Shown here one piece after another: positions 53,581-64,000 of a stretch of 64,000 nt of DNA (its first letter is position 1; each line of letters opens with the position of its first letter). The translations under genes and the position numbers were made by a program. The notes under the pieces were generated by a model. It ran no database searches, had not been told where the DNA came from, and worked only from the letters and a program-made list of their open reading frames with translations. Origin of the DNA: an uncultured Gemmatimonadaceae bacterium (GTDB lineage: Bacteria > Gemmatimonadota > Gemmatimonadetes > Gemmatimonadales > Gemmatimonadaceae); NCBI GenBank assembly GCA_963843845.1, contig CAWJMB010000002.1:480001-544000 (forward strand), read 5' to 3'.

Positions 53581-54696
53581 ATGCGCATCAGCGTGCTGAA
53601 GGAAACCGCCCCCGGTGAGCGCCGCGTCGCGCTCGTGCCGGAGAGCGTGAAGCGCCTCACGACCGCCGGCCACACCGTGACGGTCGAGCGCGACGCCGGC
53701 ACCGCCGCCCACTTCTCGGACGCGCAGTACGAGACCGCCGGCGCGACGATCGCCCCGAGCGCCGCCGCGGCCGCGAGCGGCGCGGCCATCGTCGCGAAAG
53801 TCCAGCGCCCGTCGCTCGACGAGGTCGCGCTGCTCGACGAGGGCTCCGCCGTCGTCTCGCTGCTCCAGCCCGCGCAGCACGCCGACGTCGTGCAGGCGCT
53901 CGCGGCCCGACGAGTCACCGCGTTCGCCCTCGAGCTCGTGCCGCGCATCACCCGCGCGCAGTCGATGGACGTGCTCTCGTCGCAGGCGACCATCGCCGGG
54001 TACAAAGCCGTGCTGGTGGGCGCCACCGCGCTCGCCCGGCTCCTCCCGATGCTGACGACCGCCGCCGGCTCGATCACGCCGGCGAAGACCTTCGTCATCG
54101 GCGCCGGCGTCGCCGGGCTGCAGGCGATCGCCACCGCCAAACGGCTCGGCGCCGTCGTCAGCGCGTTCGACATCCGCCCCGCGGCCCGCGAGCAGGTGCA
54201 GAGCCTGGGCGCGTCGTTCGTCGCCGCGCGAGCAGGTCGCGCAGACCGCCGAGACCGCGGGCGGCTACGCGAAGGAGCAGTCGAGCGACGAGCAGGCGCG
54301 CACGGCCGCCGCACTCGCCAGGCACATCAAGGACATGGACCTCGTCGTCACCACGGCGGCCGTTCCCGGCACGCCCCGCGCCCAAGCTGGTCACCGACGC
54401 CATGGTCGCGACGATGCGCCCCGGCTCCGTCATCGTCGACCTCGCGGCGGAGAGCGGGCGGCAACTGCGCGCTCACGCGGGCCGGCGAGACCGTCGTCGC
54501 GCACGACGTCACGATCATCGGTGCCGCTGAATCTCCCCAGCTACCGTGCCGTTCCACGCGAGCCAGATGCTGAGCAAGAACATCCTCACGCTTCCTGCAG
54601 CACGTCACCACGGACGGCGCGCTCACGGTGAACCTCGACGACGAGATCACCGGCGCGATGGCCGTCACCCACGCCGGAGAGGTCCGCCGCGCATGA
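53581..54696 (+). CDS. pntAA: NAD(P) transhydrogenase subunit alpha part 1 (frameshifted)
   Basis: KETAPGERRVALVP, PRITRAQSMDVLSSQ, GAGVAGLQAIATA, GGNC, HASQM. Confidence 0.93.
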
Positions 54697-55026
54697 CCGC
54701 CGATCATCCAGCTCTACGTCTTCGTCCTCGCCGGGTTCGTCGGCTTCCTCGTGATCGCGCGCGTCCCGCCGCTGCTGCACACGCCGCTCATGTCGGCGGC
54801 GAACGCGATCTCCGCCATCTCGATCGTCGGCGCGATCCTCACCGCCGGCTCGTCGCACACGCTCGCGCAGGTCCTCGGCTTCATCGCGCGTCACGTGCGC
54901 GACGATCAACGTCGTCGCCGGCTTCGTCGTCACCGACCGGATCCTCAAGATGTTCCAGCGGAAGCCGACCGCGCCGAACAGGGTGCTGGGCGAGACCGTC
55001 GTCGACGACGCGCGAAGGCGGGCTGA
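54693..55026 (+). CDS. pntAB: NAD(P) transhydrogenase subunit alpha part 2 (frameshifted)
   Basis: VPPLLHTPLMSAANAISAI, INVVAGFVVTDRILKMF. Confidence 0.9.
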
Positions 55027-55028
55027 GC

Positions 55029-56450
55029 GTGCTGCGCGAATTCTTCATCCAGGCGACCTACCTCGCCGCCTCCGTTCTCTTCATCCTCGGCATCCGAGCG
55101 CTCACGCAACCGGACACGGCGCGCACGCGGCATGCAGCACGGCGGCGGTCGGCATGCTGCTCGCCATCGTCGGCACGCTGCTCCACGCAGCAGATCGTCG
55201 ACGTACGCTGGATCCTCGCCGGCCTCGTCGCTCGGCACCGCGATCGGCTACCCGATCGGGCAAGCGCGTCGCGATGACGTCGATGCCGCAGCTCATCGCG
55301 ATCTCGCACACGTTCGGCGCCGTCGCCGTCACGCTCGTCGGCGTCGCCGAGTACTGGACGCTGCGGCACGGCGCCGACGTCAGCCGGCCGACCATGGCGG
55401 CGCTCGGCTTCGAGGCGCTGCTCGGCGGCGCTCACGGTGACCGGCAGCTTCATGGCCTTCGGCAAGCTGCAGGGGTTCCTGCCCGACCGGCCGATCACGT
55501 TCAGAGGGCAGAACGTCGATCGAACTTCACGCTGTTCGGCGCGACGTTCGTGCTGCTCGCGCTAGCTCGTCTGGCAGCCCGGCGCAGCCCGCGCTGTTCT
55601 ACGCGATGATCGGCATCTCGCTCGCGATCGGCGTGCTGTTCGTGATCCCGATCGGCGGCGCCGACATGCCGGTCGTCATCTCGCTGCTCAACTCGTACGC
55701 CGGCCTCGCCGCGAGCGCGACCGGTTTCGCGATCGGCAACAACGTCCTCATCATCTGCGGCGCGCTCGACGGAGCGAGTCGGCTTCATGCTCTCGATCCT
55801 CATGAGCAAGGCGATGAACCGCTCGTTCTCGAACGTGCTGTTCGGCGCGTTCGGCATCGGCGCCGGCGGCGGTCGCGAGCGGGCCGTCGGGGCTCGTCGC
55901 GAAGTCGATCGACGACCGACGACGCGGCGCTGCAGCTCGCCTACGCGCAGAAAGTCGTCATCATCCCCGGCTACGGCATGGCGGTCGCGCAGAGCCAGCA
56001 CCAGGTGCGCGAGCTCGCGGACCTCATCGAGAAGCGCGGCGGTGACGTGAAGTACGCGATTCATCCCGTCGCCGGCCGCATGCCCGGACACCTCAACGTC
56101 ATCCTCGCCGACGCCGGCGTCGACTACGAGCGCCTGCTCACCGACGTCGACGACGCGAACCGCAGCTCGCGCGCGCCGACGTCGCGATGGTCATCGGCGC
56201 GAACGACATCGTGAATCCGGCCGCCGAGGACGACGAGTCGGCAGCCCGATCTACGGCATGCCCGTGCTCCAGCCGTGGAACGCGCAGCGCGTCATGGTCG
56301 TCAAGCGCGGCAAGGGCGTCGGCTTCGCCGGCATCGACAACCCGCTGTTCTACAAGCGACAACACGGTGATGCTCTACGGCGACGCGAAGGCGGTCGCCC
56401 GCGAGCTCATCACCGAGATCAAGGGCATGGACGAGGGGGGACACTTCTGA
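55029..56450 (+). CDS. pntB: NAD(P) transhydrogenase subunit beta (frameshifted)
   Basis: [66 protein letters not shown]. Confidence 0.93.
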
Positions 56451-56473
56451 TGATGAACGCCACACCGAACCGC

Positions 56474-56991
56474 ATGTCACACCGCCGCCGCTCCCCCTCA
56501 CCGCCGTCGTCACCGCGGCGCTCTCCGCCATCGTCCTCACCGCCTGTACCAAGGACGGCGCCGAGGACAACGGCCCCTCCGGGCGCGCCTCCGAGGCCGT
56601 CGCGACGATGAACCCCGACCCCGCGCAGAACACGTACGCCCCCGAGCTCGGCGTCGTGATGGCCTCGGCGTACAAGACGCCGGGCGGCACGTACTACCAG
56701 GAGGTCGCGCCGGGCACCGGCACCGTCTCGATCGTCGGGCGCCGTGCCACGGTGCGCTATACCGGCTGCCTCGCGAACGGCAAGCAGTTCGACGCGGGCG
56801 AGTACGCGTTCACGCCCGGCGCGGGCGAGGTCATCACCGGCTGGGACGACGGGATCGTCGGCATGAAGGTCGGCGGCAAGCGCAAGCTCGTCATCCCCGC
56901 CGACCTCGGCTACGGCGCCCAGGGCTCGCCGCCGGACATCCCGCCGAATGCGGTGCTCGTGTTCGACGTGGAGCTGCTGAGCGTGAGCTGA
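56474..56991 (+). CDS. FKBP-type peptidyl-prolyl isomerase, lipoprotein (start offset by 1 nt)
   Basis: [45 protein letters not shown]; in-frame upstream lipobox LTAC. Confidence 0.9.
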
Positions 56992-57073
56992 CGGTCGTGG
57001 AGGGGCGATCCGCCGGAGCGCCCCCGCCGTGAGCTGGCACCGATCAGGCCCCCCGACGTCGCCGCCCGCCCGT

Positions 57074-58048
57074 TCAGATCACCGCGGCGCGCACGCGCGG
57101 TCGTCCACCGCCTCCAGTCGAACCCACGCTCGCCGCTCGAGCGCCGCCGCCAGCTCGCGCCCGGACGCGCCACCGCCCGTCGGGATCCTTCGCGAGACAC
57201 CGCTCGATCGCCGCCGACGAGCGCCGTCGGCGCGTCGCGGCGCGAGGCGGCGCGAGCGGCGGCACGCGCTGCAGCAGGTGGCGCGCCGAGAGCTCGCGCA
57301 GCGTGCGCCCCGCGGAACGGCGGCCGCCCCGTGAGCAGCGTGAAGCCGAGCACGCCCAGCGCGTACAGATCGCTCCGCCCGTCGATCGCGTGCTCGCCGA
57401 CGAGCTGCTCCGGCGACATGTAACTGCGGCGTCCCCGTCGCCGTCCCCGGCACCGCCTGCCGCGTCGTGCGACGGCAGCGCGGCGACGCCGAAGTCGGTG
57501 AGCAGCGCGCGCCCGCACCCGAGTCCGTCGACGACCGAGCGCGGCGTGCTCGAGCAGCACGTTCGCCGGCTTCAGGTCGCGGTGCACGACGCCCTCGCGG
57601 TGCGCGTAGTCGAGCGTGCCAGCGCGAGCGCGGCGAGCACGCGCCGCGTCGTCGCCGCGTCGAGCCGCCCGTCGCGCCGAAGCCGCTCGGCGAGCGACTC
57701 GCCCTCGACGTAGGGCATGACGAAGTACGGCACACGCGCCCGAGCGCGCCGACGGGCTCACGTCCACCTCGCCGAACGCGTGGACCGGCACGATCGCCCG
57801 GGTGCGTCAGGCGCGCCATCACCCGCGCCTCGCGCTGAAAGCGCGCGCGCTCGTCGGCGTGACTGCGCGAGCTCGGGGCGCAGCAGCTTGATCGCGACGA
57901 CGCGGTGCAGCGCGAGGTCGCGCGCCAGCACCACGATCCCCATCGCGCCGCGCCCCAGCTCGCGCACGAGCTGATAGTGTGTCCCGAGCGCGTCGGGTGC
58001 GAACACTGCGTCGAGCGACGCGGACGGGCGTGCGAGTGGAGCAGTCAT
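57074..58048 (-). CDS. Ser/Thr protein kinase (frameshifted; 3' end approximate)
   Basis: [41 protein letters not shown]. Confidence 0.88.
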
Positions 58049-58210
58049 AGGATTCTCTGGCCTTCACCAAGGGAAGGCTCGTGCCGCGCCGGTGTCGACG
58101 CGTATGCCTATGACACGCAAGGAGTTGGCGATGGTTTGCCGGCGTCGCGCGGGCCGGTGCGGTGTCCGTCCGTGGGACGCCCTGTCCGCCAGCGCGACGC
58201 GTCGGCGCCT

Positions 58211-58937
58211 TCAGAACACCCGGATCGGCACCACGCTCGGCAGGTCGACGATCCGCTTCTCGGTGCGATTCGCCGCCGCGCCCTGGAACCACGCTCGTCC
58301 TTCTGCACCCCTGCCGCCGTCATCACGTCGCGCGCGAGCGCACGATGTCCTCGTTGCGCATGCGGATCGACCCGTGCGACACCGCCTTGCCGATCGACGT
58401 CGGGTCGCTCGTGCCGTGGATCGTCCGCGGCGGGTCGTAGATGAGCTGCGCGCGGCCCAAGGGATTCTTGGGGTCGCCCGGCTCGCGCGGCTCACGCTCG
58501 TCGGCCCACGACTCGTCGGGCGGAATCCATGCCGGGTTGAACACGACCTGCGAGATCACCCACTCGCCAGTCCGCGTCGGCCACTCGCTCGACCCGACCG
58601 CGACCGGGATGACCCGCGGCTGTCCGTCGGCGCCGAACACCTTCGCCTGCCGCGCCTTCGTGTCGATCTCGATGCGCATCGCCGTTCGCGGCCGCTCGCT
58701 CGGCGGACGCTCGGTGCTGGGGACGGCGGCGCTGTCCGCGGTCGCGCTCCCGGGTGCAGGGGCGTCGGCTCGTGGCGGCGTCGGCGTGTTCGCCGTCGCG
58801 GCCGTCGCGGCCGTCGCGGCGCTGTCGGCGGTCGCGGGCTTCTCCTGCACGGTGCAGGCGGCGAGCACGGCGAGACACGACGCGGCGCGGAACGTGGAGC
58901 GGAACGCGGCGCCGGGTCGGAACATGAGGTGCGGCAT
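58211..58937 (-). CDS. L,D-transpeptidase (YkuD) family lipoprotein (frameshift near 58335)
   Basis: Lipobox LAAC; PVAVG, NPAWIPP, NPLG, IHGT, AVSHGSIRM. Confidence 0.85.
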
Positions 58938-58959
58938 GCGGTGAGGCGTCTGCAACGAG

Positions 58960-58993
58960 AAAGGGAGACCGGTGTGACCCGATCTCCCTTTTT
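58960..58993 (-). terminator. Intrinsic terminator after histone-like gene
   Basis: AAAGGGAGACCGG-loop-CCGATCTCCCTTTTT, with T-runs on both strands. Confidence 0.75.
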
Positions 58994-59009
58994 GCAATGG
59001 CCATTCCGC

Positions 59010-59576
59010 TCAGAGCACGCGGTGCACGAGATCGCCGATCCCCTCGGTCACCCGCTCGCCGAGCGCGGTCGCCGAATTCGCGAGGGCGCCGGCCGTGCGG
59101 CGGACGCTCGCCACGACGTCCGAGCCGGTCGTCTTGCGCGCCGCGGACCGCCGCGCCGGCGCCGTCTTCGCCGTGGCGTGCTTGACGGCCTTCGTCACCG
59201 CTCCCTTCTTCGCCCCGCCCTTCTTCGCGACCGCCGTGTTCGCGCTGCCGCCCTTCTTCGCGACGGCGCGCTTCGGGCTCGCCCCCTTCGTGGCGCCGCG
59301 CTTCGCCGCGCCGCCCTGCTTCGCCGCCGAGGTCTTCGCGGCCGGCTTCTTCGCCGCGGACGTCTTCGTGGTCCGACGTCTTCGCGGCCGACGTCTTCGC
59401 GGCCGACGTCTTCGCGGCCGCCTCTTCGTCGACGACTTCCGCGTGGCCGTCCGCGACGGGCTCGCCCGCTTCACGCCGCCGGTCTTCACACCGCCGCCGC
59501 TCTCCGCCGCCGCCGCCCGCGCCGGCCGGCGCACGACGCCGGACGTACCGCCCGCATTCTGTGAACGAGTCGCCAT
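59010..59576 (-). CDS. Histone H1-like Lys/Ala-rich basic protein
   Basis: AAKK/AKKGG/AAKTS repeats; SD-like GGAG upstream; own terminator. Confidence 0.7.
   Translation of the reverse strand: MATRSQNAGGTSGVVRRPARAAAAESGGGVKTGGVKRASPSRTATRKSSTKRRPRRRRPRRRRPRRRRTTKTSAAKKPAAKTSAAKQGGAAKRGATKGASPKRAVAKKGGSANTAVAKKGGAKKGAVTKAVKHATAKTAPARRSAARKTTGSDVVASVRRTAGALANSATALGERVTEGIGDLVHRVL
59373..59417 (-). repeat. 15-nt tandem repeat x3
   Basis: CCGACGTCTTCGCGG units on the + strand. Confidence 0.9.
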
Positions 59577-59723
59577 GTCAGCTCTCCGGAAGGAGTGAGG
59601 AACACTTCGCGATCGTCCTAATTAGGCACAAAACGCCACCAGCCGCAACAGCGTTCCGTCGCTTTTGTGGCCGAATGCGGTTTATTGACGACGTTTTGAG
59701 ACGGAATGCGCCGTTATGACGGG

Positions 59724-60851
59724 TCACCGCGCGACGCGCAGGTTCTCGTGCACGTGCTCGGCGCTGCGCATCCCGGCGAACGTCACGCACACGCCGGGCA
59801 GCGCCCGGACGAACGACACGGCCCGCTGCGCGTCGGTCGAGCACCCGGGGAGCGCCTCGCGCACCTGCGGCGGCAGGTTCGCCGCGAGCTGCCCGTGCAT
59901 GAGCGGCGCGCTGGCCAGGATCGGTACCCCCAGCTCCTGCGCGGCGTGCAGCAGCGGCACGAGGCGCGACTGCGGACGACCCGGGAGCGGCTGCGTCGGC
60001 ACGCGCGCCGCCTCGGGGGTCGCGAGACTCACCGGCAGCTGCGCCGCCGCGAAGTGGTGTCGCGCTCCCGCCACGTCGCGCGCGGCGGCGACGACGCTCG
60101 CGAGGGACAGATGCCCCGCCGCGCCGGGCGGGACGCGCAGCCCGCGCCACGTCGCGATCCCCCACCGCGCGATCTCGCCGCGCCCGACCGCCCCTTCGAG
60201 CGCCTCGATCGCGCGCCGCAGCGTGCGCGCGAACGCGTCGGGGTCGAGCACGTCGAGCTGCCGCTCCGGCTCGTGCAGCGAGTACAGGTCGATCGTGTCG
60301 ACCCCGAGGTTCGCGCGGCTCCGCGCGATCTGGTGCGCGAGGAAGGCGGGCGCGAGCGAGTGGCCGCCGTGGGCGACCTCGTCGACCGTCACGAGTCCCG
60401 GCGCGAACAGCTCACGCTCGAGGTAGGCGTCGTAGGCCTCGCGCGACGCCGGCGGCTCGCCGTCGGGGGCGACGAATCCCCCTTTCGTGCAGACCACCAC
60501 CTCGTCGCGCCGCACCGTCCCGTCGGCGATCCCCCGCGCCAGCGCCCGACCGACCGCGCGCTCCGACCGCTGACAGCGGTAGCTGATCGCCGTGTCGACG
60601 ACGTTGCACCCGGCGACGAACGCCGCATGGAGCGTCTCCTCGTACCGCGTATCGTCAGTGTCGGTACATTCGCCGAGGAACGTGCCGACACCGAGCGATC
60701 CGACGGTCAGCCGGGCGTCGGGCGTCTCGAGCGTGCGGAAGAAGCCGTCGGCGAAGCGTGTGGCGAAACGCGCCGCGAAGCGGGCGGTGCCCTCGCGTGT
60801 CGCGCTCACGGCAGCCTTCGTGGTCGAAGACGGCCCCGGGGTGGTCGGCAT
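59724..60851 (-). CDS. Aldo/keto reductase
   Basis: SLGVGT, VVDTAISY, SERAVG, VCTKGG, SRANLGVDTIDLYSLH, GMRSAEHVHENL. Confidence 0.9.
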   Translation of the reverse strand: MPTTPGPSSTTKAAVSATREGTARFAARFATRFADGFFRTLETPDARLTVGSLGVGTFLGECTDTDDTRYEETLHAAFVAGCNVVDTAISYRCQRSERAVGRALARGIADGTVRRDEVVVCTKGGFVAPDGEPPASREAYDAYLERELFAPGLVTVDEVAHGGHSLAPAFLAHQIARSRANLGVDTIDLYSLHEPERQLDVLDPDAFARTLRRAIEALEGAVGRGEIARWGIATWRGLRVPPGAAGHLSLASVVAAARDVAGARHHFAAAQLPVSLATPEAARVPTQPLPGRPQSRLVPLLHAAQELGVPILASAPLMHGQLAANLPPQVREALPGCSTDAQRAVSFVRALPGVCVTFAGMRSAEHVHENLRVAR

Positions 60852-60955
60852 GCCGGGAGGGTACCGACGCGGCACCGGCGTTGCAACCGACATCCGGGCT
60901 GCGCGTCGGTTGCACCGTCTCACCCTCTGCGTTCGACACCGTGCCCACACCGACC

Positions 60956-63011
60956 GTGACCCGCTTCTCGCTCGCCGCGCTCGGCGCCGTCGCCGCGCTG
61001 ATCGGCGCATCCTGCTCGCGCCAGCCGCCGGTCGCGCAGGTGATGACCCCCGTTCGCATCGATCCGACGTCGGCGTTCGCGGCGGCGGGGCGGGGAACGA
61101 TGGGGAGCGGCGATCCGTTCGCGACCTTCGCGTCGATCGGCCAGGCCGAGTGGCCAGGCCCGAACCGCTATCGCGGCGCGAACGGCGCTCCGGGCCCCGA
61201 CTACTGGCAGCAGCGCGCGGATTACACGATCGCCGCGACGCTCGACACCGCCAACGGCGGCAGCGTGAGCGGCACGGTCTCGCTCCGCTACACGAACAAC
61301 TCGCCGGACACGCTCCGCTTCGTCTGGCTCCAGCTCGACCAGAATCTCTATCGCGCCGGCAGCAAGGGCTCGGCGATGTTCGCGGCCGACTCGCGGTGGG
61401 GGGTGCGCGGCTTTCGCGGCGGATACAGCTGAGCGACGTCCGCGTCGACGGAAGGCCGGCATCCCGAAGGTCGACGACACGATGATGCGGCTCGACCTCG
61501 ACGCGCCGATCGCGCCGCGCGGCGGCAGGTCGACGATCACGATCCGCTACCGCTTCGCCGTGCCCGAGCACGGCTCCGACCGCATGGGGCGCGACGGGAT
61601 GCTGTTCGAGATGGCGCAATGGTATCCGCGCATGGCCGTCTACGACGACGTCCGCGGCTGGAACACCGATCCGTACCTCGGCCAGGGCGAGTTCTATCTC
61701 GAGTACGGAGACATCGACTACAGCGTGACCGTGCCGGCCGGGTACGTGTCGCCGGGAGCGGCGTGCTGCAGAACGCGAGCGACGTGCTGTCCGCCGAGCA
61801 GCGCGACCGGCTCGCGAAGGCGCGCACGCTGTCGGCCGCTCCGGACGGGCGGAGACGGTCGCGTCGATCATCACGAGAGACGAGGCCGAGGCCGCGCGAT
61901 CCCGTCGCGTCGGTGGCGGGCGCACGTGGCGATTCCGGGCGGAGAACGTGCGCGACGTCGCGTGGGCCGCGGCGCCGGATTTCCGGTGGGACGCGACGAG
62001 CTGGAACGGCGTGCTCTGTCAGGCGTACTACCAGTTCCCGAAGAGCGGCCGCGCCTGGGAGAGGGCGCCGAGCAGACGTGCTGGTCGATCCGGACGTACT
62101 CGACGCTGGTCTATCCGTACCCGTATCCCCAGGCGACGAGCGTGGCCGGCCCGGTCGGCGGCATGGAATACCCCATGTTCGTCATGGTCGACACCGGGAG
62201 CGACGACCCTGCCTCGGTGTTCGGCACCATCGACCACGAACAGGGGCACGAGTGGTTCCCCATGCTCGTCGGCTCGAACGAGCGCCGCTTCGCGTGGATG
62301 GACGAAGGGCTCAACACGTACATCAACACCTTCTCCGCCGAGCGCCGGTATCCGGGAACGACGCCGTGGAATGGTTACGTGAAGAACTGGCGCGACGCGG
62401 TCGAGGGGGGGACGCAATCGCCGCTCATGACTCCTCCCGACCGGATCGACGCGAGTGCACTCGGCGCGCTCGCCTACCGCAAGCCGGCGGCGGTGCTGCT
62501 GACGCTGCGCAATCACGTGGTCGGCGCCGACACGTTCGACCGCGCGATCCGCGAGTACGCCCGCCGCTGGGCGTTCAGGCACCCGACGCCCGGCGACTTC
62601 TTCCGCACGATCGAGAACGTGAGCGGGAGGGACCTCTCCTGGTACTGGCGGAGCTTCTGGTACACGAGCGACGTGCTCGACATCGCGCTCGACAGCGTGA
62701 CGAGCCGCGCGACGCCGACCGGCGAGCTGCAGGTCTCGCTCTACATGCACCGCACGACGAGCATTCCGTTCCCGGTCGCCGCGCGCCTCGCGTTCGTCGA
62801 CGGCCGCACGATGGACGTCGCGTTTCCGGTCGAGCTGTGGGGTCGGCCGCACGTCGGCGATCACATCGTCGGGACGGTGAACGTGCCGGCACGGGTCGTC
62901 GGGGCGCGTCTCTGGCCGCAGGGGGGTATCCCAGATTGGGATCCGTCGAACGACGTCTGGGGAAGCGCGCCGCCGGCGCGCACGGTCGAGTCCGTCACAG
63001 GAGTGCCGTGA
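60956..63011 (+). CDS. M1 family metalloaminopeptidase, probable lipoprotein (frameshifted)
   Basis: YWQQRADY, YTNNSPDTL, AQWYPR, GGMEYP, HEQGHEWF..MDEG, HPTPGDFFR. Confidence 0.9.
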
Positions 63012-63098
63012 CTGCCAAATCTTCACTCGTCGATTCGGCGGATCTTCGGTAGATTCGAGAGTCCACCTTTCGCAGGACGTTTTTCCGAGGTTGCAGCC

Positions 63099-63350
63099 GT
63101 GCTGGTCACCATCACCCCCCGCCTCCGCATCCACCGCGACGAAGTGCTCTGCGCGCTGCTGCGAGGCAATACCGTTCTCCTGCGCTTCGTGGGGATGAAG
63201 CCGATGCGCGTTCCGGTCGACGACCTCACCGACGAGGCCCGCGCCTGGCTCCTTCCGGCGCTCGCGCCGCGCGAGATCCCGCTCGTCGACACGATCGAGG
63301 AAGTCGTCGAGGACGCCGAGACCGAAGAGGTCGACGAGCGAACGAGCTGA
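63099..63350 (+). CDS. Small hypothetical protein with acidic tail
   Basis: 83-aa ORF after GAGG, with genome-like codon usage and a non-shadow amino-acid composition. Confidence 0.6.
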   Translation: MLVTITPRLRIHRDEVLCALLRGNTVLLRFVGMKPMRVPVDDLTDEARAWLLPALAPREIPLVDTIEEVVEDAETEEVDERTS

Positions 63351-63436
63351 GTTCCGGCAGTTCCGGGCTGGCCGCACGATCAGCCACTGCTAGATTCCGC
63401 GGTTCGTCGTCGTGCGACCCGTCCTGGAGTGAAGCA

Positions 63437-64000
63437 ATGCCGGAGTTTGGAAGCTGGGCTTCCGCGTGGTGGAAGCCCGTGCTGTTCGTGATCGTCGCTG
63501 GGCACATCACGAACGTCTGCGTCACCCTGTTTCTGCACCGCGCGCAGACCCATCGCGGCGTCAAGTTTCACTGGCTCGCGGAGACGCCGATGCGCGTCTG
63601 GCTGTGGCTGACGACCGCGATCAAGACGAAGGAGTGGGTGGCCTGCCACCGAAAGCATCACGCGTTCGCCGACCGGGACGGCGATCCGCACAGCCCGTTC
63701 GTCGAAGGGCTGCGCAACATCATGCTGAAAGGGGCGTTCTACTATCGCGACGCCGTGCGCCAGCCCGGCGTGCTCGAGAAGTACGGCAAAGGCACGCCGA
63801 GCGACTGGCTCGAGCGACACCTGCTCGACCGGCGGTCGACGGCCGGCATCTTCGTCATGCTGGCCATCAACATCTGGCTGTTCGGCTTCTTCGTCGGGCC
63901 GCTCGTCTGGGGCATCCAGATGATCTGGATTCCCTTCTGGGCCGCCGGCGTCATCAACGGCGTCGGGCACGCGCTCGGCTACCGGAACTACGACGTCAAG
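63437..64000 (+). CDS. Membrane fatty acid (acyl-CoA delta-9 type) desaturase, runs off the 3' end
   Basis: Own translation: MPEFGSW..TLFLHRAQTH..WVACHRKHHAFAD..DPHSP..WAAGVINGVGH; absent from ORF track because there is no stop in the window. Confidence 0.92.
   Translation, partial: MPEFGSWASAWWKPVLFVIVAGHITNVCVTLFLHRAQTHRGVKFHWLAETPMRVWLWLTTAIKTKEWVACHRKHHAFADRDGDPHSPFVEGLRNIMLKGAFYYRDAVRQPGVLEKYGKGTPSDWLERHLLDRRSTAGIFVMLAINIWLFGFFVGPLVWGIQMIWIPFWAAGVINGVGHALGYRNYDVK

Overview
Very GC-rich bacterial chromosomal DNA. Gene content (TonB receptors, S9/M14/M1 peptidases, Asp-box proteins, a Ser/Thr kinase) suggests a Gemmatimonadota-like organism, which is my inference. I see about 48 protein-coding genes and no rRNA, tRNA, CRISPR array or transposase. 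Many genes are broken by single-base indels concentrated in blocks (about 3-14.5, 33-42, 54-59.5 and 61.4-62.1 kb), most likely long-read consensus errors. Main content: (1) 1-7.7 kb, a cluster of MTA-phosphorylase, TIGR04283-like GT2, TIGR04282/DUF2064 transferase, MerA-like flavoprotein, TVP38, DUF547 and an unusual COG1964/Tes-like radical SAM enzyme, the best candidate for an undescribed pathway. (2) A divergent pair of large Asp-box/VPS10 proteins followed by TonB receptor, PepSY and DPP-IV. (3) Secreted hydrolases (amidase, S9, M14, amidohydrolase, GH9, M1). (4) A MoxR-DUF58-BatA-DUF4175-DUF4159 operon followed by a Tat-signal TldD and TldE. (5) crp-moeB-esterase, pntAA/AB/B, FKBP, kinase, L,D-transpeptidase, a histone-H1-like protein, an aldo/keto reductase and a partial desaturase. 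At DNA level there is a recurrent 8-mer GCCTAACG/CGTTAGGC that forces rare TTA codons, several long palindromic elements (one in-frame in moeB), and many in-frame 12/15-nt tandem duplications. Family assignments come from recalled motifs, not database searches.
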